Translations under genes and position numbers: made by a program | The notes under the pieces: model-generated | What the model was told of the DNA's origin: nothing | Databases searched by the model: none | Seen by the model: the letters and a program-made list of their open reading frames with translations, nothing else | Part shown: positions 11,496 to 24,868 of the stretch, one piece after another | Numbering within the stretch: the first letter of the stretch is position 1 | Layout: the number at the start of each line of letters is the position of its first letter | Source of the DNA: Lama glama | Taxonomy: Eukaryota | NCBI GenBank assembly: GCA_028534125.1 | Contig: CM052832.1 | Coordinates: forward strand, 19,966,001-20,030,000 | DNA length: 64,000 nt | Direction of reading: 5' to 3'

Positions 11496-13974
11496 CTACC
11501 TCAAGTTATTTAGTGCAGATTTGGGGAAAAAAAAAAAACCTAATAGTTGTCAGAATTTATTTCTTTGGTTATCAGGGACAAGTTCAAGAAAAATAGTAAT
11601 TGTGAATAAAATTTGATTCAACTATTTTTAAACAGGTGCTTCCATTTGTAACAAGAAAAAAGAACCTTTCTCTAGTCAATTGAACAAGACTATTATGTGA
11701 ACAGAAATGCAAATTGGAGCATCAATCAGTTGCCTCTTTCTCCCCATTCTCTGAAAAACCTTTTGTTTCCAAGTAGAAATTAGCTAGAGAAAGAAGCCCC
11801 TGTGCCTGAAAGGTCGGGCTCTCACGTTATCAGACTTGCTGTACTGCCTTCCTCTCTCCTCTGCTCCTTCTTTTAGTATCTGGAAGGTACTTTTTTTTTT
11901 CCCTATTGGCATTACATTCTTAATTATGCAATTCTGCCTTTATTCTAAATAGCTGAAGGATAGTCCCAGAAACGGGGGAAGAGGAAGAAAGGGTAAAAGA
12001 TGGAGAAAGCAAGAGAAAAAAGAAAACAAGAAAAAATTGCTACCTTTTGCAAACTGCTAATCATGGTGAGGAAAAAAACCCAGAAAGGGCATGGGAAAAC
12101 ATGGAAAATTATGATGAAGGCTAGAGGGGAAAAAAACCCCACAAAACTCCAGACCATACTGTGTATGGGGCACCAAATAAAAAAGCTACCAGGTTGTAAG
12201 GCAAGTAGACTGGAAAGAGTCATGGAAATGAAACTCAGGGAGGTATCTCAGCAAGTTCCACGAGGAGAGGGGAAAACACAGATTTGGTCATTTCTAGCTG
12301 AGTGTATTGGATGAGCCAATATCAAACACAAAGTGCGTGTGGCCATTTTCAGCCTCTCCCTCTGATTTCCTTCTATAATTCAGGAACTGTTCTTAGTGTT
12401 GCAGCCATTCTTTTTCTTCCTCTTCTCCCCGCGACCTTCTGCAGTAGCTTCATCACAACTCGAGTCCCTGAAGATCTTGTTTTCCAAATGGACTCTTCAA
12501 CAAGCACCACCCTAATTAGTACAAAGACTGCAATAGCGGCCCCTGCACTTATAGGCAGGCACGTTATGGTGACTTTTGTTTCCAACTTTAATCTCAGGTA
12601 CAAACATAAAGTCGATAGCTACAATCTCAGGAGTAGATCAATGTCAAAGGTAGCAAAGGAGGTCAAACTGAAGGCAGGGAGTGCTTGAGGTACTGGAAAT
12701 CATATCAAGGTAGCAGGTCATCGTAATTCCACTTCATGAATACTTTACAAGGCAGGGACCGATGGTCCCCAAACCATTTAAGGCTTTTATTGCTGTCAAA
12801 CATTAGCACCTTGAGGGCTCTCCAAGGTTGGTGGAGTTTTCGGTTCATTTGTTGTTCTGTCCATATAAGAGAAGCTGAGTTTATAATAGAGATTGGTGCA
12901 GTGATAACATTCATTCCTGATATCAGAGTCATGTCTGCAATGCTGCTGAAATCAGCACCTGCCTCCAGGTAGCAGAGGAAGACACAAGGTGTGCACACAG
13001 AGTTAGCATTCGATGCATTTCGATTAATTTTACAAAGTCCACGTGTGCAATTAAGTTAATTGCCTAAAGGTACAAAAAAATGGAAAGAGAAAAGGAATAA
13101 ACGAAAAATGAAGGAAAAAAGGCAGTGGGTATGAAAAAGGTAGGAGGGCTAAGGATGGCAGAAAAAAGTAAGGAAGTAAACTAGAGAACTAAATAAGAGG
13201 GTGGGAGCAATGGATTTTCTATGGAGGAGTTGAACCTATAGCAGATTCAACAATAATGACACTGAGTTGTAGAATTCACGTTTTCAACAGTAAAGTTATT
13301 TTTATAGTTATTCATGAAATAGATGTAATTGTTGGAGAAGATATGGCTATGATATTAATATTAATAGTCCATTTTTGGTTTTAGGATAAGCAACTTGAGC
13401 TTCAGCTTGTAAGGAAAATCAAGAGCTAATTTTCTATAGTTAAAATTTTGATATGGAAGATTACAGAATAAGGAGGTGGAGCTGCCTAGGTGGGGAAAAA
13501 GGCACATAATCCTGTGCAAAAAAGATTTTATAGATGTTAACAATATGGAAAAATGTTTGCTATGCTAGTTCTAATTTAGATGTAATATTTTATAATAGTG
13601 AAATGGACTGTTATGGGATCTCTGTTTATAAAAGTATTATCCTATACTCCAGGTGACTGACGTCTATGGTCTTAAATCTATTTTTGAGTTAATTCGGACA
13701 TTCTTTCAAAAAACAAAATGCAAGATTCACACAATGAGTGCTTTAAGTATGACACTTTCCCTAAACATCACACAGACACACACGCACACACAAAATTCAC
13801 TACTTAATGAAGCAATGCCCTTAATCACTTCTCTGTCTATATATACTTTATTTTTGAGATTCACGCTTCAACTAATTTTCAGTGGCATGGGAAATGCTTC
13901 CATAATAATTCTAGTAACAGAGCAGAGTATAGCCTTCTATAGTTTTTAGAATGCTGTGGAAATTAAGCATAGAA

Positions 13975-14120
13975 ACACTGGAAGCTGATACAGAATGTAT
14001 AATATTCACATTGGCTGTCTGGTAGCTGATGGATGATGGATTAGAGGTGATTTTAATTTTTTTCTTAATGCTTCTATGCATGTTGGAAAGTTCTAAAATT
14101 TGGAAATTACCTTTATAATA
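13975..14120 (+). mobile_element. L1ME-type 3' UTR fragment
   Basis: CTGGAAG...GATGGATTAGAGGTGATTTTAATTTTTTTCTTAATGCTTCT...ATTACCTTTATAAT. Confidence 0.55.
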
Positions 14121-15563
14121 TATTATTATTTAATGAGAATGTATTGCTGGTGGTGTTACTCTTAGCCAAGTGGAAAGGAAAGTAAAACCTGCATGTCATG
14201 CCACAGTGACTACTTCTTAGGGCTCTCTGACCTTAGTGATCAGTGTGGGTTCTCCATTTTTTTTTAATTTTATGTTTGCTATGCCCAGTCCAAGATTTCA
14301 TCAGCAATGCCTCCAAGACAGATCAGTACTCTCTAACAGCCTTCAAGAACCTTAAGCTTCAATACTAATTTCACTTACAAAATGTGTACAGATTCAGAAA
14401 CACCTACTGTTCTCTTGCAGCCACCATTCTACTATACTTTTAAAATAAACCAACTCAATTTAAAGTATATGAACAGGCTGGACCAAATTAAAAATCCATA
14501 GTCACAATAATTTAATTATATACATTGCTTCCTGAAAAAAAACAAAAATGAGTTTCACACCCTATGGGTCCAAAAATTGAGAATGTAAGACCTTGGGTCA
14601 GCTGTGTAGCTGAATTTTAAAATAATAAAAATGTGCCTGACAGCTAACCCATATGAACAGTGCTTCATTTAGGAAGCTATCATCTTTTAAAGTATTTATA
14701 ATATTCATTAAGGTGAAAGGGACAAGGAGAGAGAGAAAAATCTTAAAGCATCTAAACATTCAAACAATTATTTTACTTTGCAATATTATTTATTAATGAA
14801 TTTAGGATTAACTAATAGTCCTGTGAGTTGGTAAAACCAAGTAAGATACATCCATTTCTTTCTCTCTCTCTCTTTTTTTTTTTTTTTTTACTATTTTTTC
14901 TCTTTAAAAACTTCTATTTGCAAGAATAGTTTCTAGCTCTCGACTTATCTCAGAGCTTTTAAAAGAGATCTTATATATTTGTGTTTGGAAAAGAGTTTCT
15001 GCTATTAATCAGAAATGATCCTTTCTACTTCTTTCTGGCTTCCCCCTTGGAATAAGCCAAAAATACAACTAAAGCATCCGTCTCTTGACAGGTAGATGAG
15101 AAAACAATAGATGAGACATCCTGAATTCTAGGGTTGCCTCTTGCTGGTGAAGGACATCTTCGCCTTTGTCCATTTTCCCAACCAAAGCCTGAAGGAGAAC
15201 TCTAACATCTAGTCCTTTGTGGAAAAATTGCCAACTAGCCACTTTGCAGGTTATAGAAAAAATTAAAAGGAAGACTCCTTTTCTCCTTCTGTCCTGGGAT
15301 CAGGGGTGCCATTAGTCAAGGGAGAATGCTACAAGGCATCGCTATGAAAGATTCGCCCTCCCTCTGTCCTCACACTTGCAGCAGTGTCTTCTTGTTAAAT
15401 TTTCCCCTAGTGAAGCTCTCAAATTTCATTTCAGCTGGATTTCATCTATATAGTATTAGAGAGATTAAGGAGAAGGTACATCCCATGTAATTTTCCTTTA
15501 GAATATCCTTGGCTAAAAGTCCTGTGTTAAGTTACAGAATCAGAATACCATCCCTGTAGCTCA

Positions 15564-15710
15564 ACTATGTTCAATATCTTGTAATAACCTTTAATGAAAA
15601 AGAATATGAGAAGGAATATATGTATGTATATGCATGACTGGGACATTGTGCTGTGCACCAGAATTTGACACATTGTAACTGACTGTACTTCAATAAAGAA
15701 AAAAAAGAAA
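15564..15710 (+). mobile_element. Young camelid-type L1, 5'-truncated to about 150 bp, with TSD
   Basis: L1 3' end ...GACACATTGTAACTGACTGTACTTCAATAAA plus an A-rich tail; TSD AAT(A/C)CCATCCCTGTAGCTCA at 15544-15563 and 15711-15730. Confidence 0.9.
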
Positions 15711-16992
15711 AATCCCATCCCTGTAGCTCAGACTCTGTACACTCCTAAGAACAATGTCCACTCCCACAGTGAGCCACACCCTCATCTGTTTAAGCACCAG
15801 TGGTTGAGAAAGAGCTGATTAGAATCATGATAGGAATTGAGATAAACAGCTAATGAAGTGAACATGCTAATCTTCTGTATTCCTATCATCCCTTGCTCAC
15901 TTAAGGGAGGTGGTCCTTGTAGCCACCAGCAGAGTCTGTGTGTTAGCCTTCTCAGGGGACTGTTCCATCCCAGATAATCCTAGATAATCCCAGAAGAGTG
16001 ATGATTTGGTGATTTCACTTTTTAGCCTAACTTAGTTGTTAGATAAGATGTAGATAAGATGACATGATGTTGACAAACAGAAATCACTGGCAAATTCATT
16101 ATGTAAAAACATCCTATTCTTCTCTACTTGTCTCTATAACTACTGCTATAGTTATATTAACAACCAGTAAAGGAAGATAAAAGGGGTGAATTCTTTTATA
16201 ACCAGAGAGACATGAGATAAGGGTTTTTATTTTTTCCTGAAGTGTCTAAAAGTATGAGTTAAAAGCAATAAAAGTGACATACCAATAGGTGATATTCTGT
16301 TGCTACTGTAAAGTCCTTCTTGTCCCTGAACTGGCCTGTTTTTACTATTGTGGGAAAGAAAAATCACCAGGCAAATTTGGAAATGAATTACTCCTCCAGG
16401 TGGCTATGTCAGGATGATCTAGACATTATGCATGTCTTTCCTTTTTAAAAGGAAAAAAAAAAACCAACATGAAAATATCATCCTCCAGCATAAGGAAGAG
16501 ATTTGGGTCAGTAAGTTCCTACCTGGGCATTCTAGCCCTGGGTTTCCTAAGCCTCTCTTCAGAAACCAAGAGGATGCCATGCTTCCACAGAGGTGGAGTG
16601 TATGCAGGACATGGGCTTTGCATTGTTTTATCTGCTCTGATAGCAGCCTTCACTCCAAATCTGCCTCAGGAGTTTTCCTCTGGAATAGATGCAAAAGTCA
16701 TTTCACGCAGATGGGAGTTTCGCAGGTCCTCAGACTCTCTTAAGGTGAATTCCAACATAAGAGGGCAAGTGGGCAGTGACACTTCATTCAGCCTGCCAAC
16801 CATTACCAGAGGACACACTCTATCACACGTGAATATGTGTGTGTGTGTGTACGTGGTTTGTGTGTGGAGGTGTGTACTCACCCACGTGTACCCGTACACA
16901 CGTATCCCCACCTACTCCGGGGTGGTTCTCAATAAAATATGAATATACAAACCTTGCCACCTTTGTTTTCACACATCTCTTTTAATAAATAC

Positions 16993-17109
16993 ATATTTTT
17001 TTATTTTGCGAGGAAGGTAATTAGGTTTATTTATTTATTTATTTAATGGAGTTTTTAGGGGTTGAACCCAGGACCTCGCACATGGTAAGCATGCTCTCTA
17101 CCTTCCCCC
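16993..17109 (-). mobile_element. Camelid tRNA-derived SINE (Vic-1-like)
   Basis: Minus strand reads GGGGAAGGTAGAGAGCATGCTTACCATGTGCGAGGTCCTGGGTTCAACCCC...AATAAATAAACCTAATTACC; B-box GGTTCAACCC; flanking AATAAATAC direct repeats (16984-16992 and 17113-17121). Confidence 0.85.
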
Positions 17110-18619
17110 TAAAATAAATACTAAGTCCCACATATAGAAAGAGGCTTACAAATAACTCATCATTGTATGGAGAGAAGAAGAACAGAAGAATGTAGGTCTC
17201 CAAATGTAGTTTTGCGATTATAAGAAAAATAAGTAGAAATAGAAATGATTCTTCCTCGTGGTATCAAGCAAACAGGAATTGAGAGACTGTGAGTCTCCAA
17301 ATGAATTCTTGTAATTATTTGGCCTCCGCAAATCATTATTTGAGCACAGGTTTGTCTTTTATGTTGACAAGGATTCCTTCTCTAAGTCAAATAGTGTCAG
17401 GAAGGGATTGGTACCTTACAAACCTCTGCAGTTTTTTTGTTTGTTTGTTTTATTTGTTTGTTTGTTTTTTAAGTTCATGATTTAGTACCTTGGAAAGTAG
17501 GAGGCTGCTATCCTAGCAGGTTCCAAGATTGATTTCTTCAAGTTCATCCTTGCCAGCCTCATTTGACATGTACAAACACAATCAATATAGTAATACCACA
17601 GGTAATCACTCATTAGAAGGACTCCATCCATTCCAAACGCTACATGTATCAATTTATCATTTCATTTTTGTGCACATCAGAATGGTGTGTTTACCTTGCT
17701 GTGGCATCATTTGAATAGACAAGGTTAATACCAACTTAATTTTACTTTAATGGTAATTTAAATGAAAGCCTTCAATGAACATGAAGACCTGAACAGTCTG
17801 CTGAGGAAATTCAATCAAAATTTGTCTCCTTACAGAACTGTGGTTTTGATGGATGGTTGTTCATACTATTTCATTTGGTCTCCTCCCTTTTATGGAGTAT
17901 AGCAGAAGACTAACACCCGTGGGGCCTGAGTCATGTTGCTATTACTGACATTCACCACTGAATTGCCTTTTCTTTTGGCCCAAGACTGTTGCAAGGGATG
18001 TCAGTTTTATCACCAAGGACTTTTAGTGTCCTATCTTTGCATAATAATATTGTGGAAATGGAATATATGAATTGTTATTTCTAATGTCTTTTTGCTTACC
18101 TCTCTGGGAAACTCCTTCCATTTTTTTAGCATCAGCCTTTGTTTTATTAGTTATAAGGCCTTCACCAGCTCTCCTCGGGAGAACAAATCGCCCCTCTGTG
18201 GCCCCAATAGCACTTTCTCTGGATTCCTCCCAAAATACTTTGCAAGTTGTGCTAAATGATCTGCTCAAGTACCTATATCCCCGATTAGACTCTGGTCCGC
18301 CCATTCCATGATAGCTGAGTTACAGTCATTCCTCTTTCAGCACATAGAAAGCCTAGTGGGCACACAAAAATCACTCTGTTGATATTAACACTCACTCATA
18401 ATTTAGGTTCAATACATTTTTATTCTATATTGAAAAAAGCATGTTTCTCCTTCTATTATTTTTCTTGTGTCCCTATGTTGCCTTCATCAACACACCATTT
18501 GTTTTCAAGATCTGGGTCATGGGTCATCATTTGTGGAACCCTTTATCATTTAAAAAGTGCATTTGCAATAAATTTTTTGCCATCCATCTACCCTTCGTAT
18601 TACTGCTTTAATTTTAGTA

Positions 18620-19070
18620 CTGATACAAAAGCCTTATTGTAATATACCTCTGTTTTAATCTTTCAGTGCCTTTCATCACCATGGAATAAATATTAAATTC
18701 CTTGGCCTTCCTTACAAAACTAAGATCTAGCATGTCCCTATCAGCCTCATCACTTAGGAGACATTGCTGTGGGTTCTCTCACCCTCATTTCCCGCTGTCT
18801 CAGTTACACCTGTTCAAATAATACTGAATCATATGAAGTCCCCTACTCATCTCATATCTTCAAGCCTTTAAAAGTATGTTTAGTTATTCTAGAAATTTCT
18901 TTACTTGCCAGTTCTTTCATCTGATAAACTAGCTATTCTTTATTCTTTAAGACTCAGTTGTGAACAACTCCATTATCTTTCCCTGACTCCAACCCAAGAA
19001 TAATTGATGATTTAATTCCTTAAATATCTACTGTGATTTGTATATGAACTTAAACTAATGACTATAATTT
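18620..19070 (+). mobile_element. L2 fragment (decayed)
   Basis: TCAGTGCCTTTCATCACCATGGAATAAATATTAAATTCCTT...ATTCTTTAAGACTCAGTT...TTTCCCTGACTCC. Confidence 0.55.
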
Positions 19071-19107
19071 TAATCTTCATATTTCTAGGGTCTTAAAAAG
19101 AACATGT

Positions 19108-19468
19108 GTTTCCCCCTCCTCTCAGCTCCTAGAAACAGTTTTCTTTTTTACTTCCACCAGTTTGTTTACTTTAGTCACTTCACATTAGTAGAATCATGCA
19201 ATATTTGTCCTTTGGTTACTGACATTTCATTTAGCACAGTGTCCTCCGGGTTCACACATGTTGTGATATATTATAGGATTCACTTTTTTTTTTAAATAGA
19301 AATATCAAAGAAATACTAGCATTTGAATGTTGATTCCACCACTATTCACAATAGCCAAAACATGAAAATAACCTAAATGTCCATTGACAAATGAATGGAT
19401 TAAAAATGTGGTCTTTACATACAATGGAATATTACTCAGCCTTTAAAAAGGAGGAAACCCTGCACCAT
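19108..19468. mobile_element. Old L1 (L1MA/MB-like) 3' region in two inverted pieces
   Basis: 19108-19293 is antisense (GAATCATGCAATATTTGTCCTTT...CATTTAGCACAGTGTCCTCC). 19294-19468 is sense (CTATTCACAATAGCCAAAA...AATGTCCATTGACAAATGAATGGAT...ACAATGGAATATTACTCAGCC). Confidence 0.8.
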
Positions 19469-20657
19469 AAAAATCTTGTCAAAGGGAATACCATGAAAAA
19501 TTATGGATTTGAATATGTAAAATTATGTTTTGAGGCATTAGGTAACTTGTTATTTCTCCAGACAAAATGACTTCTTAGAAATTATAAATAAACCAACAGA
19601 ATTGAGATGAATAAAGTAAAAAAGAACCAGCAACACAGATCCATTTTTCACTGAAGTTCAGAAGGACATAAAAGAGCAAAAGGGAAATTCGTAAACATCT
19701 TTCTCTCTGGGTTAAACTCCTGGTGTTTGAAAAATGGCTGTGGATATTTTGACAAACACCCTGCAGCCTACTTTACCCACCCTTGGTTTGATTTAATGTA
19801 ATGTACACATGAAAGCTGGAACCCAGCATGTCTGTGATCCTTCATTTTATCGTTACATGAAATTAAATTGGTGTAAGCTCTAAATGAAGAATTCTTAGAA
19901 CCATAGCATTACATGTATATTACAAAACAATAATTCTGCAGATAAACCCCTAAGACTTCCAGAATCATGAAAGCATATTTAAATAAATTATAAGGCATAG
20001 TCAAATTTCACCTGGCTTATGTTCTATTGATGACTGAAGTGGTGAGAGAAACCTTGATACCACCTATACATGTTCCTGACATAATGATAATATTACTCCC
20101 ATCTTTTACCTAAAGCTTCAACTTCTGTACTGAACGAAAAGAGGGAAGCGATACTTACCCTTATATACGTTGCTAGAACAGTGCTATCACACAAATCTGG
20201 TGTACTTTTCTTGATAGGTAAGCAACAGGGACATATTGTGTCCCTCTCAAAGCTGAGGTCATATTCCTACATCTTCTACTTGTTCACATGTGGCCTCTGT
20301 CTCCTCATACACATGGCAATGGAGTGAAACCTGTTTCTCATATTTCAAGGTCTCAAGTTGCAGGTAGGGTAGGGAGCAAATGTATTTGTTGGAAATATGA
20401 TAGGGCTATCAGAAAGATATGCAAGCAGCTACATAAGCTATGAAATTTAAGTTCATTCTGCCACAGTGTAAAAATAAGCCTTTTTCATGAAGAGGGAAAA
20501 ATAAACACTTTGAGAAATTTGATATATAACTCAGCTAATCCTAACGACCTCAATTTTGAATTGTTCTCTCTTGATCCCTTGAGATTATTTATCAGGAATA
20601 AAAGAGGTAGAGCTTAATATTGCCTAGCACACACAATTTTAGTAGCCTTAAAATTTA

Positions 20658-20890
20658 GTGGTTCAGAACATATGACTTAACGGTGAAAGAATCAAGGGTT
20701 TGAGTTCTAGTCCACACCTGCTTCTGTGGGATTGCGGACAATTTACAGTTTGAGTTCAAAGTCTCTTTAAGCTGAAAAATGCATATAATAAAAATACCGA
20801 CCTCATAAGGATTTCATATGGTAGTGAATGTAAAATAGTGTTTAGTACATTTCAAAACACATGGTAAACGCAACACGGGCTTTAGATTAC
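20658..20890 (+). mobile_element. MIR SINE
   Basis: GTGGTTCAGAACAT...GGGTTTGAGTTCTAG...AAATACCGACCTCATAAGG...ACATGGTAAACGC. Confidence 0.6.
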
Positions 20891-22899
20891 ATATAATTAT
20901 CATAGAGATTCGGTTGTTAAGATAATTAATTCCACCATTCTTTAAAGGCCAAAGTCAAGGCAGAAGCACTTCTGACTATAACATCATGTTGTACAGGCAG
21001 ATGTTCCTTTGCTGCAGCCAAACTTCCATGGTCAGTTGGTGAGGGAGTAGCAGTATAAACATATAGAATTTTAAAAGAGTTAGTTCTTCAATAGAATATC
21101 AATAAGACTTGAATTTGCAAGGAATCAACATGAAAAAGACAACTGCCATGGATTTGCACAAATAGTGGAGACAAAATTAAGACGGTCTGGATTTCCTTCT
21201 GAGCTGGTGGAGACAGAGCTTGAGATGAACCATTCAGTAACAGCTATTGCTTGGAAGTTGATTACAGACAGAGGGACTCAAAATTACAGGACAATCTGCT
21301 ATATGGAAGTGGGAGAGAGTGAGGAGAAGAGAGCCAGGAAGTTTATTTACTTGAAGACTTTGTATTCAGTTTAGGGAGTTACTTAGAAAATTTAGTTACT
21401 GAAGAACTAGAGGCAAAAGAACTCCCAGTGCAGGGGGAACAAACTGGTAGTTTCGGGAAAGAACAGTTTCCCTGCAGCCATCCTCCTTCCCCCAAAGGCA
21501 GAAAGCCAGCCAATCCCGGCTCCTCTCAAGACTCACCAGCCTTCCTGCTGCCACATATGCACATTAGTTATACTATTGTCTAATAATATCTGCTTGCTTC
21601 CTATCTCACAGGGATAGAGGAAGAATTAATGGTTTGAATTTTGTCAAGCACTCCAGGATCCCTAGAGATATGCAACATAAATATCTTATGACTGTATACA
21701 TTATTCCTTTGACTTGTTCTATACCTCGTATGGGAAAGGAAGATATATGCATTTATCTAGCAAACACTGATATTTCTTTTAAAAATAAAATCAGATTTTA
21801 TTGATTCCATTCTTTGGATTTTGAGAAAAGATAATTTTTTAAAATGGTTTTTACTTTTTTCATTTCCTCATCAGTGATTTATACAATATCTGTATTCTTA
21901 TGACATATTCCCGTAGCCAATATATTTTAATCCTTGGAAAGAGCCGTTACAACCACTCTGTCTCAACATTAGTTTTTAATTCAAGCACATGTGTTCTCGC
22001 TCTATATTCTATAGTCTCCCATCTCTTTAAAGAAAATATAAGAAAACTATCTGAAATAAAAAGATTGGAAATACATAAGCCCTATGAATTGCTATTGGTT
22101 CTTACTTAGAAAAATCATTGTATTTTTCTATCATAAAAGAATATATTTTATGCCCAGCTAATTAAGCCAATGTAATGCCATTTACCTCAGTCAAAGAACA
22201 ACAGAAGCAAAATATTTTAATAAGATGAATAGATTGCTGACCAGGAGGTCCATCTCCTTCCTAATGTAAACCCTCCATCCTGATTCATTTCAAAGGCACC
22301 TGTACACAGAGAGGACTTGCTTCTGCATATCTGTGTTCAGCTGTGCTGTTTATGAGGAAGGAAAACTTTCTGTAGCAGTATGCTGTGGATATACTCAGAA
22401 CACCAATGAATTATTTAGTACTTGATTTGTCAAAGAAAGCTTGGCTACACTACAGTGACAGAGTTATACTGTAGAAATAGAATATTGTTTAAGAAATTAT
22501 TGGTGCAAAAAAAGGCAACCAGAGCAGAGGCACAGTTGGTTTTCCAAATATACATACACAGCACTCACATTTATCATAATTCAAGAGCTTTCCGGGAAAA
22601 CTTCTAGCATGCTTTGCCTTTATAAAACTGTCTTTCTGTTCTGTGTGCATCTGTTGGCTGGGTTTTCCTCCCGTCCCTTTCTCTGTAGCCTTCTGTATTG
22701 ATTTCTTTAAGGATCTCTTTTTACAACTTTTATTTAAGAAAAGAAGAATATTTCTTTTACATTATCTCTTCGTTTGTAGTACTTCTCAATCCCATATTGA
22801 ATGGAATTACCTATATGTGTCCAATGACAAGTTTACTTTCTTTAATTTTTTTAAAAAACTTTACTTGTTTTTTAAATCATTTCTCCTCTTCCCCACACC

Positions 22900-24730
22900 T
22901 TTTTTATTATTTTTAATGTATTTTTAATATATTTTTATTGAAGTATAGTCAGTTTACAATGTTCTGTCAATTTCTGGTGTACAGACAATACTTCACTTAT
23001 ATAGGAACATACTTTTTTTATTTTCATGTTCTTTTTCACCATAAGTTACTATAAGATATTGAATATAGTTCCCTTTGCTATACAGTATAAACTTGTTGTT
23101 TACCCATTGTGCATATCTATCTATCTATCTATCTATCTATGTATATATTAGTTAGTATCTGCAAATTTTGAACTCCCAATTTATCCCTTCCCATCTCCTT
23201 CCCCTCTGGTAACCATAGTTTGTTTTCTATGTCTGTGAGTTTGTTTCTATTTTATAAATAAGTTTGTTTGTCTTGTTTTTTTTTTAGAGTCCACATATAA
23301 GTGATATCATATATTTTTCTTTCTCTTTCTGGCTTACTTCACTTAGAATATCAATCTCCAGGGCCATCCATGTTGCTGCAAATGGCATTATTTTATTATT
23401 TTTTTATGGCTGAGTAGTGTTCTATTGTATAAATATACCACAACTTCTGTATCCAATCATTAGTTGGTGGACATTCAGGTTGTTTCTATATCTTGGCTAT
23501 TGTAAATAGTGCTACTGTGAACACTGGGGTGCATGTGTTTTTTGAATTAAAGTTTCCTCTGGATATATGACCAGGAGTGAGATTGCTGGATTATATGGTA
23601 AGTCTATTTTTAGTTTTTTTGGTAATCTCCATACTGTTTTCCATAATGGCTACACTAAACTACATTCCCACCAACAGTGTAGGAGGATTCCCTTTTCTCC
23701 ACACCCTTTCCGGCATTTATTGTTCATGGACTTTTAAATGATGGCCATTCTGACTAGTGTGAGGTGATACCATATTGTAGTTTTGATTTGCATTTCTCTG
23801 ATAATTAGCAATATTGAGTATTTTTTCATGTGCCTATTGGCCATTTGTATGTCTTCATTAGAGAATTGCTTGTTTAGGTGTTCTGCCTAATTTTTGGATT
23901 GGGTTTGTTTTTTTCTTAATAAGTTGCATAAGCTGTTTATATATTCTGGAAATTAAGCCCTTGTCAGTCTCATGTTTTGCAAATATTTTCTCCCATTCCT
24001 CTATGTCGTCCTTTTGTTCTGCTTATGGTTTCCTTTGCTGCACAAAAGCTTATGTTTAATTAGGTCCCATTTATTTATTTTTGCTTTTATTTCTATTGCT
24101 TGGGTAGATTGTCCCAGGAGAACATTGCTGAGATTTATGTCAGATAATGTTTTGCCTGTGTTTTCTTCTAAGAGGTTTATAGTGTCTTGTCTTATGTTTA
24201 TGTCTTTAAGCCATTTTGAGTTTATTTTTGTGTATGGTGTGAGGGAGTATTCGAACTTCATTGATCTACATGCAGCTGTCCAGTTTTCCCAACACCATTT
24301 GCTGAAGAGACTATCTTTACTCCATTGTATGTTCTTGCCTCCTTTGTCAAAGAATAATTTGCCAAAAGTTTGTGGGTTTATTTCTGGTCTCTCTATTCTG
24401 TTCCGTTGTTCCATATGTCTGTTTTTGTACCAATATCATGCTGTTTTGATTACTGTAGCTCTGTAGTATTGTCTGAAGTCTGGAAAGTTTATTCCTACAA
24501 CTTCATTTTGTTTCTTCAATAATGCTTTGGCAATTCTGAGTCTTTTGTGATTCCATATAAATTTTAGGATTATTTGTTCTAATTCTGTGAAAAATGTCTC
24601 GGATAATTTGGTAGGGACGGCATTAAATCTGTAGATTGCTTTAGGTTGTATAGCCATTATAACAATATTAATTTTTCTAATCCAAGAACCTGGGATATCT
24701 TTCCATTTCTTTAAGTCATCTTTAAATGAA
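22900..24730 (-). mobile_element. Camelid-type L1, 5'-truncated (about 1.8 kb: ORF2 C-terminal part and 3' UTR), inactive
   Basis: ORFs 24436-24657 ([11 protein letters not shown]...LKFIWNHKR...[15 protein letters not shown]) and 24001-24414 (RNRIERPEINP...IQWSKDSLFSKWCWENW...) are L1 ORF2p broken by a stop. T-rich tail at the left end; imperfect TSD TCCCCACACC (22890-22899) / TCCCCTCATACC (24731-24742) followed by TTTT. Confidence 0.95.
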
Positions 24731-24868
24731 TCCCCTCATACCTTTTAAAAACTGACAGTTTTCATTGTTCAACTTCTTTGTGTCCTCAGATCCCAAAACA
24801 GAATATCCTTGCTTTGCCTGCTTATGATATTCATGGATTTCAGTCATCTCAGTTTAGTTAAATAAGAC

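Noticed and set aside
16469..16942. 157-aa ORF
   Set aside because: No recognisable homology, and it runs through a (TG)n tract; consistent with a chance ORF.
16993..17109. tRNA-like sequence
   Set aside because: It is a SINE with an A-rich tail and TSD, not a complete cloverleaf.
23972..24466. 164-aa plus-strand ORF
   Set aside because: It is the antisense shadow of L1 ORF2.
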